64,000 bases of DNA, from assembly GCA_040218735.1 (NCBI GenBank), contig JAVJQW010000048.1, positions 1 through 64,000 on the forward strand, given 5' to 3'. The notes beneath the pieces are model-generated. The model was not told the origin of the DNA. It worked only from the letters and a program-made list of their open reading frames with translations, and ran no database searches. Shown here piece by piece: positions 1 to 7,549 of this stretch. A program made the position numbers and the translations under genes. The stretch is from Deltaproteobacteria bacterium (GTDB taxonomy: Bacteria > Myxococcota > Kuafuiibacteriia > Kuafuiibacteriales > Kuafuiibacteriaceae). Positions within the stretch are counted from its first letter, which is position 1. Every line of letters starts with the position of its first letter.

Positions 1-317
1 GGGGATCGCGTGGCTACCTCGGTGTTCGCGTTGGAGTATGTCCTTTGCGGTGGCGAGTCCGAGCGTGTCGACGAGGAGCCCTTCCGCCCAACGCCTGGTC
101 GCTGCCCATAGAGCAAGAAGGTTTCCGACGAGCTGGGCATCACGCCGGTCGTTCTCTCGTTCCTCGGAGAAGCTCACTGCTTTCGACCATCCTCGGAGAC
201 TCGTTCCGTATGGCTAACTATCGCTTCTCCAGTCAGCGAGACCGCGATCTCCGCGTCTCGACCGCCCGTTCTCCAAGTCTACGATAATGCGGCAGACCTG
301 GGATACGCCGGACTCGC

Positions 318-1133
318 CTATAACCGCGCCACGAAGCCCAGCACCGCCGCCGTCACCTCGTCCGGGGCGTCGAACTGCATCCCGTGGTCACTCACGAACT
401 CACGCACCGTCGCCACCCCATCGGGTAGCTTCTCCAGCGCCGCCTTCACCGCGTCGTTGTCCGTCGCCGGATCACCCTTCGCCAGCAGCACCAGCGTGGG
501 CACCGAGATCCTCCGCAGGCGCGCCGTCGCGCCGATGGCGAGCTTGGTCATCAGGCCGCGGAACCGCGGCGTGATCGCCTTTAATCGAAGCGGATCCTTC
601 AGGATGAAGCCCTCCAGGTGAGGGCCTCGCGTGAACATCGTCTCCGCGATCGGCGTGCCCACGCACGGCTCGTCCTCCGCACGACCCGCGGCCGCCTCGG
701 ACGCCGCGGCCGCGGCCTCCTGCACGGCCACCGACGGGAACAACCCCGGGGCCACCATCACCAACCCATCGACCTCGACCTTGCCGAGTAAGTTGATCGC
801 GAGGACGCTCCCCCAGCACCAACCCACCAGATACACCGGACCGTCGCCACGCTCCCGGGAGATGATCGTCACCGCGTCCGAGACCACCGCGCCCGCCGAA
901 GGCGCGTCTCCGCGACCCACTTCATCCAGACCCGTGCCGCGGCGGTCGGCCCCGATCACTCGGCACCCACCGGCCGTCAACGCGGGCGCCAAAGGAAAGA
1001 ACCACTCGGAGTGACTCATCACTCCATTCAAGAGAACCAGCGTCGCACGGGCCGGCCCGACCGCCTCCCAGACGCGGTACTTCAGGACGTGACCGTCCTC
1101 CGCCTGAACCGAACGAATTTCGGAGGACGTCAC
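318..1133 (-). CDS. alpha/beta-fold hydrolase (lysophospholipase/PldB-like), with Cys at the nucleophile elbow
   Basis: C-terminal 271 aa of track ORF 318..2249. LVLLNGVMSHSEW, DRRGTG, GWCWG elbow, late DHG. GTG start at 1133 overlaps the SDR stop (GTGA). Confidence 0.8.
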   Translation of the reverse strand: MTSSEIRSVQAEDGHVLKYRVWEAVGPARATLVLLNGVMSHSEWFFPLAPALTAGGCRVIGADRRGTGLDEVGRGDAPSAGAVVSDAVTIISRERGDGPVYLVGWCWGSVLAINLLGKVEVDGLVMVAPGLFPSVAVQEAAAAASEAAAGRAEDEPCVGTPIAETMFTRGPHLEGFILKDPLRLKAITPRFRGLMTKLAIGATARLRRISVPTLVLLAKGDPATDNDAVKAALEKLPDGVATVREFVSDHGMQFDAPDEVTAAVLGFVARL

Positions 1134-1912
1134 TGCATCACCGCGCCGCCCGACACATTGATCGATTGGCCCGTGATGCCCGATGCGTGATCCGACAGCA
1201 GGAAGATCGCCATGCTCGCGACCTCGTGCGCCGTGACCAGTCGCTTCTGCGGTGAGGTCTGCGCGATCTGTTCGATGTAGTCCTCGGCGCTGTCGCCGAA
1301 GATCTTCCCCCGGCGGCCCATGCCGAAGTGCAGCAGCTCGGTGTCGACGTGCCACGGGCACACCGAGTTGACCGTGATGCCGAGCTGCGCGGTCTCGAGC
1401 GCGACCGAGCGCGTGAAGGCGTTGATCGCCGCTTTCGAGGACGCGTACGCACTGTTGTACGCCGCACCGACCTTCTCCGAGACCGACGAGATGTTCACGA
1501 CGCGGCCCCACTTTGCGCGGATCATCTGGCGGACCGCGAGGCGGGTGAGGCGGAACGTGGCGAAGACGTTCAGGTCGTACAGCTCGCGCCACTGCTCCTC
1601 GCGGGAGCTGATCAGCGTCGCCACCAAGTTGGTGCCTGCGTTGTTCACCAACGCGTCGATCTGCCCGTACTCCGACTTCGCCGCGTCGATCAGCGCCTGA
1701 CACGCGTCGGCGTCGACGATGTCGGTGGGCACCACCAACGCGTTGCCGCCACCCGAACGAATTTCGTCGGCGATGGCCGCGATCTGTTCCTCGGTTCGCG
1801 ACGCGAGGACGACGTTGCCCCCGGCCGCGCCGGCCATGCGCGCGATCTCCGCGCCGATTCCGCGGCCGGCGCCGGTGACGATGACGGTTCGTTTCGAGAG
1901 GTCGACCTGCAC
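1130..1912 (-). CDS. short-chain dehydrogenase/reductase (FabG-like)
   Basis: TGAGRGIG, NNAG, NISS, YASSK (YxxxK), ITGQSINVSGG. GTG start chosen at 1912. Confidence 0.9.
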   Translation of the reverse strand: MQVDLSKRTVIVTGAGRGIGAEIARMAGAAGGNVVLASRTEEQIAAIADEIRSGGGNALVVPTDIVDADACQALIDAAKSEYGQIDALVNNAGTNLVATLISSREEQWRELYDLNVFATFRLTRLAVRQMIRAKWGRVVNISSVSEKVGAAYNSAYASSKAAINAFTRSVALETAQLGITVNSVCPWHVDTELLHFGMGRRGKIFGDSAEDYIEQIAQTSPQKRLVTAHEVASMAIFLLSDHASGITGQSINVSGGAVMQ

Positions 1913-1971
1913 CGCTCCGCGATAGCAGAACGCTTTCACCCCGTGAAGCCACGCGTGGTACACCCGCGGGG

Positions 1972-2739
1972 TTGCTCGCGTACACCACCCGCGGCGACGG
2001 CGATCGTGTCGTCCTCTTCGTACACGGTGTGCTCTCCACCGGACGCAGCCTCGCCCCGCTCGCTCGACGCCTCCTCACCCAGCGCCCCGAGCTTCGCGCC
2101 ATCCTCCCCGATCTCCCCGGGCACAACGACGCACCGACCGAGGATACGCCCCCCACGATCGACGCCGTCGCCGACCGCATCGTCGAGCTCGCCGCCCACC
2201 TCGCCAACGAACCCATCGACGTCGTCGGCCACTCGATGGGCGGACGCATCGCGCTCCGCGCCGCTCAACGCGCGCCCGAGCACATCCGCTCCGTCGTCGT
2301 CCTCGACGCCCCCGCCGGCCCACTCCAACACCGCCCCTCGCCGCTCGAACCGACGATCGACGCGCTCCTCGCCGCCCCCGAACAAGCCCCCGACGCCGAC
2401 GCCATGGGCGAAGCGCTCGAGCACGTCGATCCCAACACAAGACGCTGGCTCCTCGGCCACCTCGCGACCGAAGCCGACCACGTCCGCTGGACCGTCGACC
2501 GCGCCTACGTCGCCGCGCTCCGCCAGAGCGTCATGCACGCCGACCTCTTCGACGCCCCGTCCGTGTTTGTCCTACGCGGCGAACGCTCCCCCTTCGTCAT
2601 CGACGAAGACATCGAAGCCTGCCGAGAACACGGCATCGAGGTGATCGACATCCCGAACGCCGGGCACGATCTGCACGTGTCCGCCGCCCGTGTCGTCGTG
2701 GGACACCTCTGCACTCGGCTTGACCGAGGCGAGCGATAG
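1972..2739 (+). CDS. alpha/beta-fold hydrolase (YbfF/ABHD11-like esterase)
   Basis: HGVLS, DLPGH, GHSMGG nucleophile motif, AGHDLH. Confidence 0.85.
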   Translation: MLAYTTRGDGDRVVLFVHGVLSTGRSLAPLARRLLTQRPELRAILPDLPGHNDAPTEDTPPTIDAVADRIVELAAHLANEPIDVVGHSMGGRIALRAAQRAPEHIRSVVVLDAPAGPLQHRPSPLEPTIDALLAAPEQAPDADAMGEALEHVDPNTRRWLLGHLATEADHVRWTVDRAYVAALRQSVMHADLFDAPSVFVLRGERSPFVIDEDIEACREHGIEVIDIPNAGHDLHVSAARVVVGHLCTRLDRGER

Positions 2740-2756
2740 GGCAAGCTGACGTTCGC

Positions 2757-4472
2757 GTGAAGACTTACGAGACCGACGTCCTGGTCGTCGGCGGCGGTGG
2801 CGCCGCCACGGCCGCCACCATCAGCGCCCACGACCACGGCGCACGCACCGCGATGGCCGTCAAAGGCCGCTTCGGCGTCCCCGGCGCCCGCGGCGCCGGC
2901 GCCACCTCCAACCCCCTTGCCGAGTTCTGGACGATCCGCACCGTCGGCAAAAAGGGCGGCTTCTTCAACCCACCCGACAAAGTCCTCGCCGACATGGTGC
3001 AGACCGGCCTCGGCATGGCCGACCCCAAGCTGTGCGGCATCTTCGTCGACGAAGTCTCCGACGCCATCAAACGCCTGCACTCCATGGGCATGCGCTTTCA
3101 GAGCAAGATGCTCGCGACCATGCCCGCGACCGACGAGTCGAAGGGCACCAACAACATCGTCCTCATCCAGAAGGCCGTCATCGAAGGCACCAACACCGAC
3201 GTCCTCGAGCAAGCCAACTTGACGGACATCCTCGTCGAAGACGGCGAGGTCGTCGGCGCCGTCGGCGTCGACGACGAAGGTGAACCGTTCCTCGTCCACG
3301 CCAAGTCCGTCGTGCTCGCGACGGGCGGCGTCGGCCAACTCTTCCAGTACAGCTTCAACCCACCCGGCAACACCGGCGACGGTTACGCGATGGCGCTCCG
3401 CGCCGGCGCCGAGCTGTTCAATATGGAGTTCATGCAGCAGGGCCTCGCGACCACCTGGCCCACCCAGGCGATCATCATGCTCTACGACATGGACGAGCCG
3501 TATCGCCTCTACAACGCCAACGGGAAGACGTTCATCGAGGACTACCTCCCCGAAGGCATCTCACTCGAACAAGTCTCCAAAGAAAAGGCCGCGCACTGGC
3601 CCGTCTCCTGTCGCGACACCTCCGTGCACCTCGACCGCGCGATCCACGGCGAAGCGCTCGCCGGTCGCGCCACGCCCCACGACGGCGTGTTCCTCGACAT
3701 CTCCGGCACCCGCCGCGACTTCATGCCCGAAGCCTTCTACAACCACATGCTCAAGTGCGGGCTCGACATCGATCGCGACCTGCTCCAGGTGCAGATTCAC
3801 CACCACACCAGCAACGGCGGCGTCCGCATCGACGAACGCGCGCAGTCACGCATCCGCGGGTTGTTCGTCGTGGGTGAGACCGCCGGCTGGCAGGGCGCGG
3901 ACCGCCTGGGCGGCACGATGCTCGGTGGGTCGCAGGTGTTCGGTTGGCGCGCCGGTGAGACGGCCGCCGCGGTCGCCAAGAACCACTCCGAGAAACGCGC
4001 GTCGCAGTCGACGATCGACCGTGCGCTCGAACCCATCGCCAAGTTCGGCGAGCAACCGGGTACCCACGACATCCGCGACATGAAGACGAAGATGCAGCGG
4101 CACATGTGGGAGAAGCTGCTGGTCGAGAAGGACGCCAAGACCCTCGACGACGTCCGCACGTTCATCGCCGAGGAGCGCGAACGCCTCTCCAACGTGAAGC
4201 GCCAGTCGAACTTCGATACCGTGTTGATGTGTGAGCACCGCGCGATGCTCGACGTCGCCGAAGTCATCACCGAAGCCGCGACGTTCCGCACCGAGAGCCG
4301 CGGCGCGCACTACCGAAGTGACTTCCCTGATCGCAACGACGCGGAGTGGACGACCAACGTGTTCGCCACCCGCGACGCCGACGGCAAACTCGCGCTGAGT
4401 AAACGCTGGATCAACGAAGACGTGGGTTGGGAAGAAGACCCGAAGGGCGTGAGGATCTCACCGTGGGGATGA
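2757..4472 (+). CDS. FAD-dependent oxidoreductase, succinate dehydrogenase/fumarate reductase flavoprotein / L-aspartate oxidase family
   Basis: DVLVVGGGGA FAD motif, VVLATGG, NTGDG, HTSNGG, GADRLGG, ESRGAHYRSDFP. Confidence 0.85.
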   Translation: MKTYETDVLVVGGGGAATAATISAHDHGARTAMAVKGRFGVPGARGAGATSNPLAEFWTIRTVGKKGGFFNPPDKVLADMVQTGLGMADPKLCGIFVDEVSDAIKRLHSMGMRFQSKMLATMPATDESKGTNNIVLIQKAVIEGTNTDVLEQANLTDILVEDGEVVGAVGVDDEGEPFLVHAKSVVLATGGVGQLFQYSFNPPGNTGDGYAMALRAGAELFNMEFMQQGLATTWPTQAIIMLYDMDEPYRLYNANGKTFIEDYLPEGISLEQVSKEKAAHWPVSCRDTSVHLDRAIHGEALAGRATPHDGVFLDISGTRRDFMPEAFYNHMLKCGLDIDRDLLQVQIHHHTSNGGVRIDERAQSRIRGLFVVGETAGWQGADRLGGTMLGGSQVFGWRAGETAAAVAKNHSEKRASQSTIDRALEPIAKFGEQPGTHDIRDMKTKMQRHMWEKLLVEKDAKTLDDVRTFIAEERERLSNVKRQSNFDTVLMCEHRAMLDVAEVITEAATFRTESRGAHYRSDFPDRNDAEWTTNVFATRDADGKLALSKRWINEDVGWEEDPKGVRISPWG

Positions 4473-5242
4473 AACGTTTCGCAGTACTCCTCCTCGTCGC
4501 CGCCTGCTCCTCCGGGAGCGACGATGGCGGCGACGACGACAACAACATGAAGACGGACCGCGACGGCGGCGTCGTCGCTCCGGCGGAGCTCTCGGATGAG
4601 TTCGACGACGCCTCGTCCCTCGACGACTGGACGCTCTTCCACACCGTGCAAGGCGTCGGCGCTCGTCACAGCACCCTCGACATCGACACCACCACCCCCG
4701 GCGCGCTCACGATCGCACCCACCGCGAACAACGGGTGGTTCGAGGACGACAAGGGCCCGTTCATCTTCAAGAGCGTCACGGGCAACTTCTCCGCGTACAC
4801 CAAGGTCGTCGCGGGCCGCGCGGGCGATGCGAGCCGAGCGCCGTCCCAGCAGTTCAACTCCGCCGGCCTCCTCGCACGGGACCCCGCGAGCCGCGAAGGC
4901 GGCAACGAGGACTGGCTGATGTACAACGTCGGCTTTCAGGACGGCCGCGTGGGCTCGGAGGGGAAGACGACGGTCGACTCCGGCTCGACGCTGTTCATCG
5001 TGGACGGTGACTTCCGCGCCGAGCTCGTGCTGTGCCGCGTGGGGGATACGTTCGTGATGTACCGGAAGAATGAGGGGGCCAGCTCGTTCGAGGAGACGAA
5101 TCGCTTTGACCGGGGGGACCTGCCGGAGACGCTGCAGGTGGGGTTGATCGGGAATGGGTACGGGCCGACGCCGGATCTGGTGGCGACGTTCGAGTATGTG
5201 AGGTTTTCTGTGCCGTCGGCGGAAGCGGAGTGCTTGCCGTAG
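4469..5242 (+). CDS. lipoprotein with beta-sandwich (ConA/DUF1349-like) domain
   Basis: Lipobox LVAAC. SDEFD..., GPFIFKSVTGNF, FNSAGLLAR, LPETLQVGL. ATGA overlap with the upstream stop. Confidence 0.65.
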   Translation: MKRFAVLLLVAACSSGSDDGGDDDNNMKTDRDGGVVAPAELSDEFDDASSLDDWTLFHTVQGVGARHSTLDIDTTTPGALTIAPTANNGWFEDDKGPFIFKSVTGNFSAYTKVVAGRAGDASRAPSQQFNSAGLLARDPASREGGNEDWLMYNVGFQDGRVGSEGKTTVDSGSTLFIVDGDFRAELVLCRVGDTFVMYRKNEGASSFEETNRFDRGDLPETLQVGLIGNGYGPTPDLVATFEYVRFSVPSAEAECLP

Positions 5243-5271
5243 GCTGAGGCGAGGGCAAGTTAGAAGCGCAT

Positions 5272-5357
5272 ACCTAGCCCGAGCCCTCTCCCGAGCCCTT
5301 GCCCTCATCAGGCCCCGTTTAGGGTAAGGGCTGGGGCTGGGGCTGGGGCTAGGGTTT
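5272..5357. repeat. intergenic C-rich/G-rich imperfect inverted repeat built from hexamers (GCCCGA/GGGCTG); probable bidirectional terminator, G-quadruplex-capable
   Basis: cctagcccgagccctctcccgagcccttgccct ... agggtaagggctggggctggggctggggctaggg, between two convergent stop codons (5242 and 5360). Confidence 0.55.
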
Positions 5358-5359
5358 GA

Positions 5360-6523
5360 TTAGATTTTTCTACCCGTGACGACTGCCGCGTACTGATCCG
5401 GAAAATACTCCCCCATCGCCTCCAGATCCGGCAGCACCACCGGCTCGAACCCAGCGAGCCTCAAGCACTCCTCCCACTCCCGAGGCTTCAGGTAAGTATG
5501 CATCGACCGGTACGGCTGATCCTCCGCCGCCGTGCGGTGATACTTCGACAGGTTCAGCGTCAGCTCGCGCGGCGCCATGTCGTTTTCGGTGAAGCGCACG
5601 CGCTCCGCGAACAACACCATGCCGCCCGGCTTCAGCGCCCAGTGGCACGACTTCAGGAACCCGACGATGTCCTTCGCGACGTGTGCCGCGTTCACCGCGT
5701 AGATCAGGTCCACCGACTGCTCGTCGATCTTCTGCTCCTGCAGCGGCTTGTAGATGTCGCAGAACTTCCAGGACGTCGCGACGTCCGGGTAGTTGTCGTT
5801 GATCTCGTGCTTCGTCGTCAGCACGAAGCGCATGCTGATGTCCGTGAAGATGAAGCGCTCCAGGCGGTCGAACGTCCCCTCGCGCTTCATCATCGCGAAG
5901 AGGTGACGGATGCCATTCCCGGTGCCGCCGCCGATCTCCAGGATCGTCCCCTGCTCGAGCACGTCCGAGATCGCGCGCGCGCCCATCTCACCGTGGAGGT
6001 CCTGCAGCGGGTCGACGTTCGTCGCGCGGTGCCACAGCTCCGCCCAGTCACCGGTCGTGCCCGCGAGCATCTTGTCCATGAAGTCCGGCTCGTCGCGCAG
6101 CGCCTTCACGAAGTGCTCGCGGCCGAAGTCCAAGAAGTCCACCGCCGCGAGGTAGTCCTCGCCGAGGCCCTTCAGCTCCGTGCGCAGCGACGCGAGCTCC
6201 TCCGTCGGATCCGCCGGCGTCGACGGAACCGTGAAGCGCTCGTCGCTGTCCACCGTCACCGCGTCCGTGCGCGCCGCGAGGCGGTGCAGCGCGTAGCGCA
6301 TCGTGATCTCCGCGGTGTCGACGAACCCGAGCGCCTTCGCCAGGTCGCCGGCCGAAGTCGGCGATGAAGCCTTCGCCGCGAGATCCAACTCCCGCACGAC
6401 GCCCATCAGACACAGGTCGCAGTAGCGGTTCAGGATGGCCGTCGCGCGCACGACGTCCTCCGTGAAGCACTCCTTCTTGCACCACTCGGTATAGGCGTCG
6501 ACCAGATCGGCGGGGTTCTTCAT
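5360..6523 (-). CDS. class I SAM-dependent methyltransferase resembling a stand-alone PKS/NRPS methyltransferase domain
   Basis: ILEIGGGTG, FTDISMRF, DLIYAVNAAHV, LKPGG. Start placed at MKNPAD. Confidence 0.85.
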   Translation of the reverse strand: MKNPADLVDAYTEWCKKECFTEDVVRATAILNRYCDLCLMGVVRELDLAAKASSPTSAGDLAKALGFVDTAEITMRYALHRLAARTDAVTVDSDERFTVPSTPADPTEELASLRTELKGLGEDYLAAVDFLDFGREHFVKALRDEPDFMDKMLAGTTGDWAELWHRATNVDPLQDLHGEMGARAISDVLEQGTILEIGGGTGNGIRHLFAMMKREGTFDRLERFIFTDISMRFVLTTKHEINDNYPDVATSWKFCDIYKPLQEQKIDEQSVDLIYAVNAAHVAKDIVGFLKSCHWALKPGGMVLFAERVRFTENDMAPRELTLNLSKYHRTAAEDQPYRSMHTYLKPREWEECLRLAGFEPVVLPDLEAMGEYFPDQYAAVVTGRKI

Positions 6524-6583
6524 GGGCGTTGGAGGATGTCGACATCCGAACGCCAATGCAAGCGCCCGCGGCGCAGCGTATCG

Positions 6584-7549
6584 CTACGATTCGGGCTCGA
6601 TCGCGAGCACTTGGGTCATCGCCGCATCGACCGCTTCGCGGTCACGATCCGACAGCTGCGGCAACGGCGGGAGGACCCGCGAACCCATGGGAACACCACG
6701 TCGGGCGAGCCCCGCCTTCATGCGCGCGATCGTCGTGTCGGCCTTCGTCTCGATCACCTGTCGCTTACGCAACGCGGCCTGCATCGACCACCGAACGACC
6801 GACACCTTCGCTTCGAGATCCGCCACCAACGGCAACGTTTCGAACAACCCCTTCGCCGCCGCCTTCGCCGCGTCCGCGTCGCCCGCCTCCGCCGCGCGGT
6901 GCATCGCGACCGCGGTGCGCGGCATGAACACGGCGCCCGGTGACACCGCGCCCGAAACCCCGACCTCACGCAGCGCGAGATAAGACAGCTCCGAACCCGA
7001 GAAAAACGTGCGCTCCAGATCGCCGACGCCGCGCACGTGCGCCTCGACCGCATCCACGTCGAACACACTCTCCTTGGCGCCCGCCATCCCGTCCATCGCG
7101 ACGAGCTCCGCGACCTCCTCGTCGGCCAACGCCAAGTGCGTCGCCGCCGGGTAGTTGTAGAAGAACGTCGGCATCACGCTCGCCAGCGCCGCGTAGTGCG
7201 CCTTCACACTCGCGAACGACAACGCGTAGTACGCCGGCAACGCCACCAGCGCCGCACACGCTCCGAGCCGCGCCGCCTCCTCCACCTGCATCGCCGCGCG
7301 CTTCGTGCCGGCCTCCGTGATCCCTACGATCACCGGCAGCGTCGATGACGTCGCGACCTCCACCACCCGCCGCCGCAGGTCGTCCGGCGCGAGGGACGCC
7401 TCGCCGATCGATCCCAACACCACCAACCCATCCACGCCGCACCGCTCGAAGTACGCGAGCTGCGCGCGCAGCGCGGCTTCGTCGAGGTGGTCGTCGTCGT
7501 CGAGCGGGGTGAGTACGGTCGGAAGGATGCCGCCGGCGGGGGGACGCAT
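6584..7549 (-). CDS. dihydrodipicolinate synthase / N-acetylneuraminate lyase (DapA) family aldolase
   Basis: GILPTVLTP, GSIGE (GTTGE variant), YNYP, Schiff-base Lys in GAKES. Start overlaps the upstream stop. Confidence 0.85.
   Translation of the reverse strand: MRPPAGGILPTVLTPLDDDDHLDEAALRAQLAYFERCGVDGLVVLGSIGEASLAPDDLRRRVVEVATSSTLPVIVGITEAGTKRAAMQVEEAARLGACAALVALPAYYALSFASVKAHYAALASVMPTFFYNYPAATHLALADEEVAELVAMDGMAGAKESVFDVDAVEAHVRGVGDLERTFFSGSELSYLALREVGVSGAVSPGAVFMPRTAVAMHRAAEAGDADAAKAAAKGLFETLPLVADLEAKVSVVRWSMQAALRKRQVIETKADTTIARMKAGLARRGVPMGSRVLPPLPQLSDRDREAVDAAMTQVLAIEPES

Noticed and set aside
1-317. Lower-GC stretch with ORF 45..287
   Set aside because: No convincing codon bias or motif in the frames I read, and it cannot be assigned at the window edge.
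318-2249. 643-aa track ORF as a single protein; likewise the extended ORFs 11632..14049, 12237..14891, 14489..15520, 17767..19662, 21813..23627, 24088..25599, 35411..36760, 45410..47008 and 51350..52570
   Set aside because: The N-terminal parts are Arg/Gly-rich off-frame read-through of neighbouring genes. Real starts lie downstream at coupled ATG/GTG codons.
2757-4472. Calling the flavoprotein sdhA, frdA or nadB
   Set aside because: Partner genes are absent and key motifs have diverged, so only a family-level call is supported.
6584-7549. Calling the aldolase dapA
   Set aside because: GSIGE replaces GTTGE and there is no lysine-pathway context.
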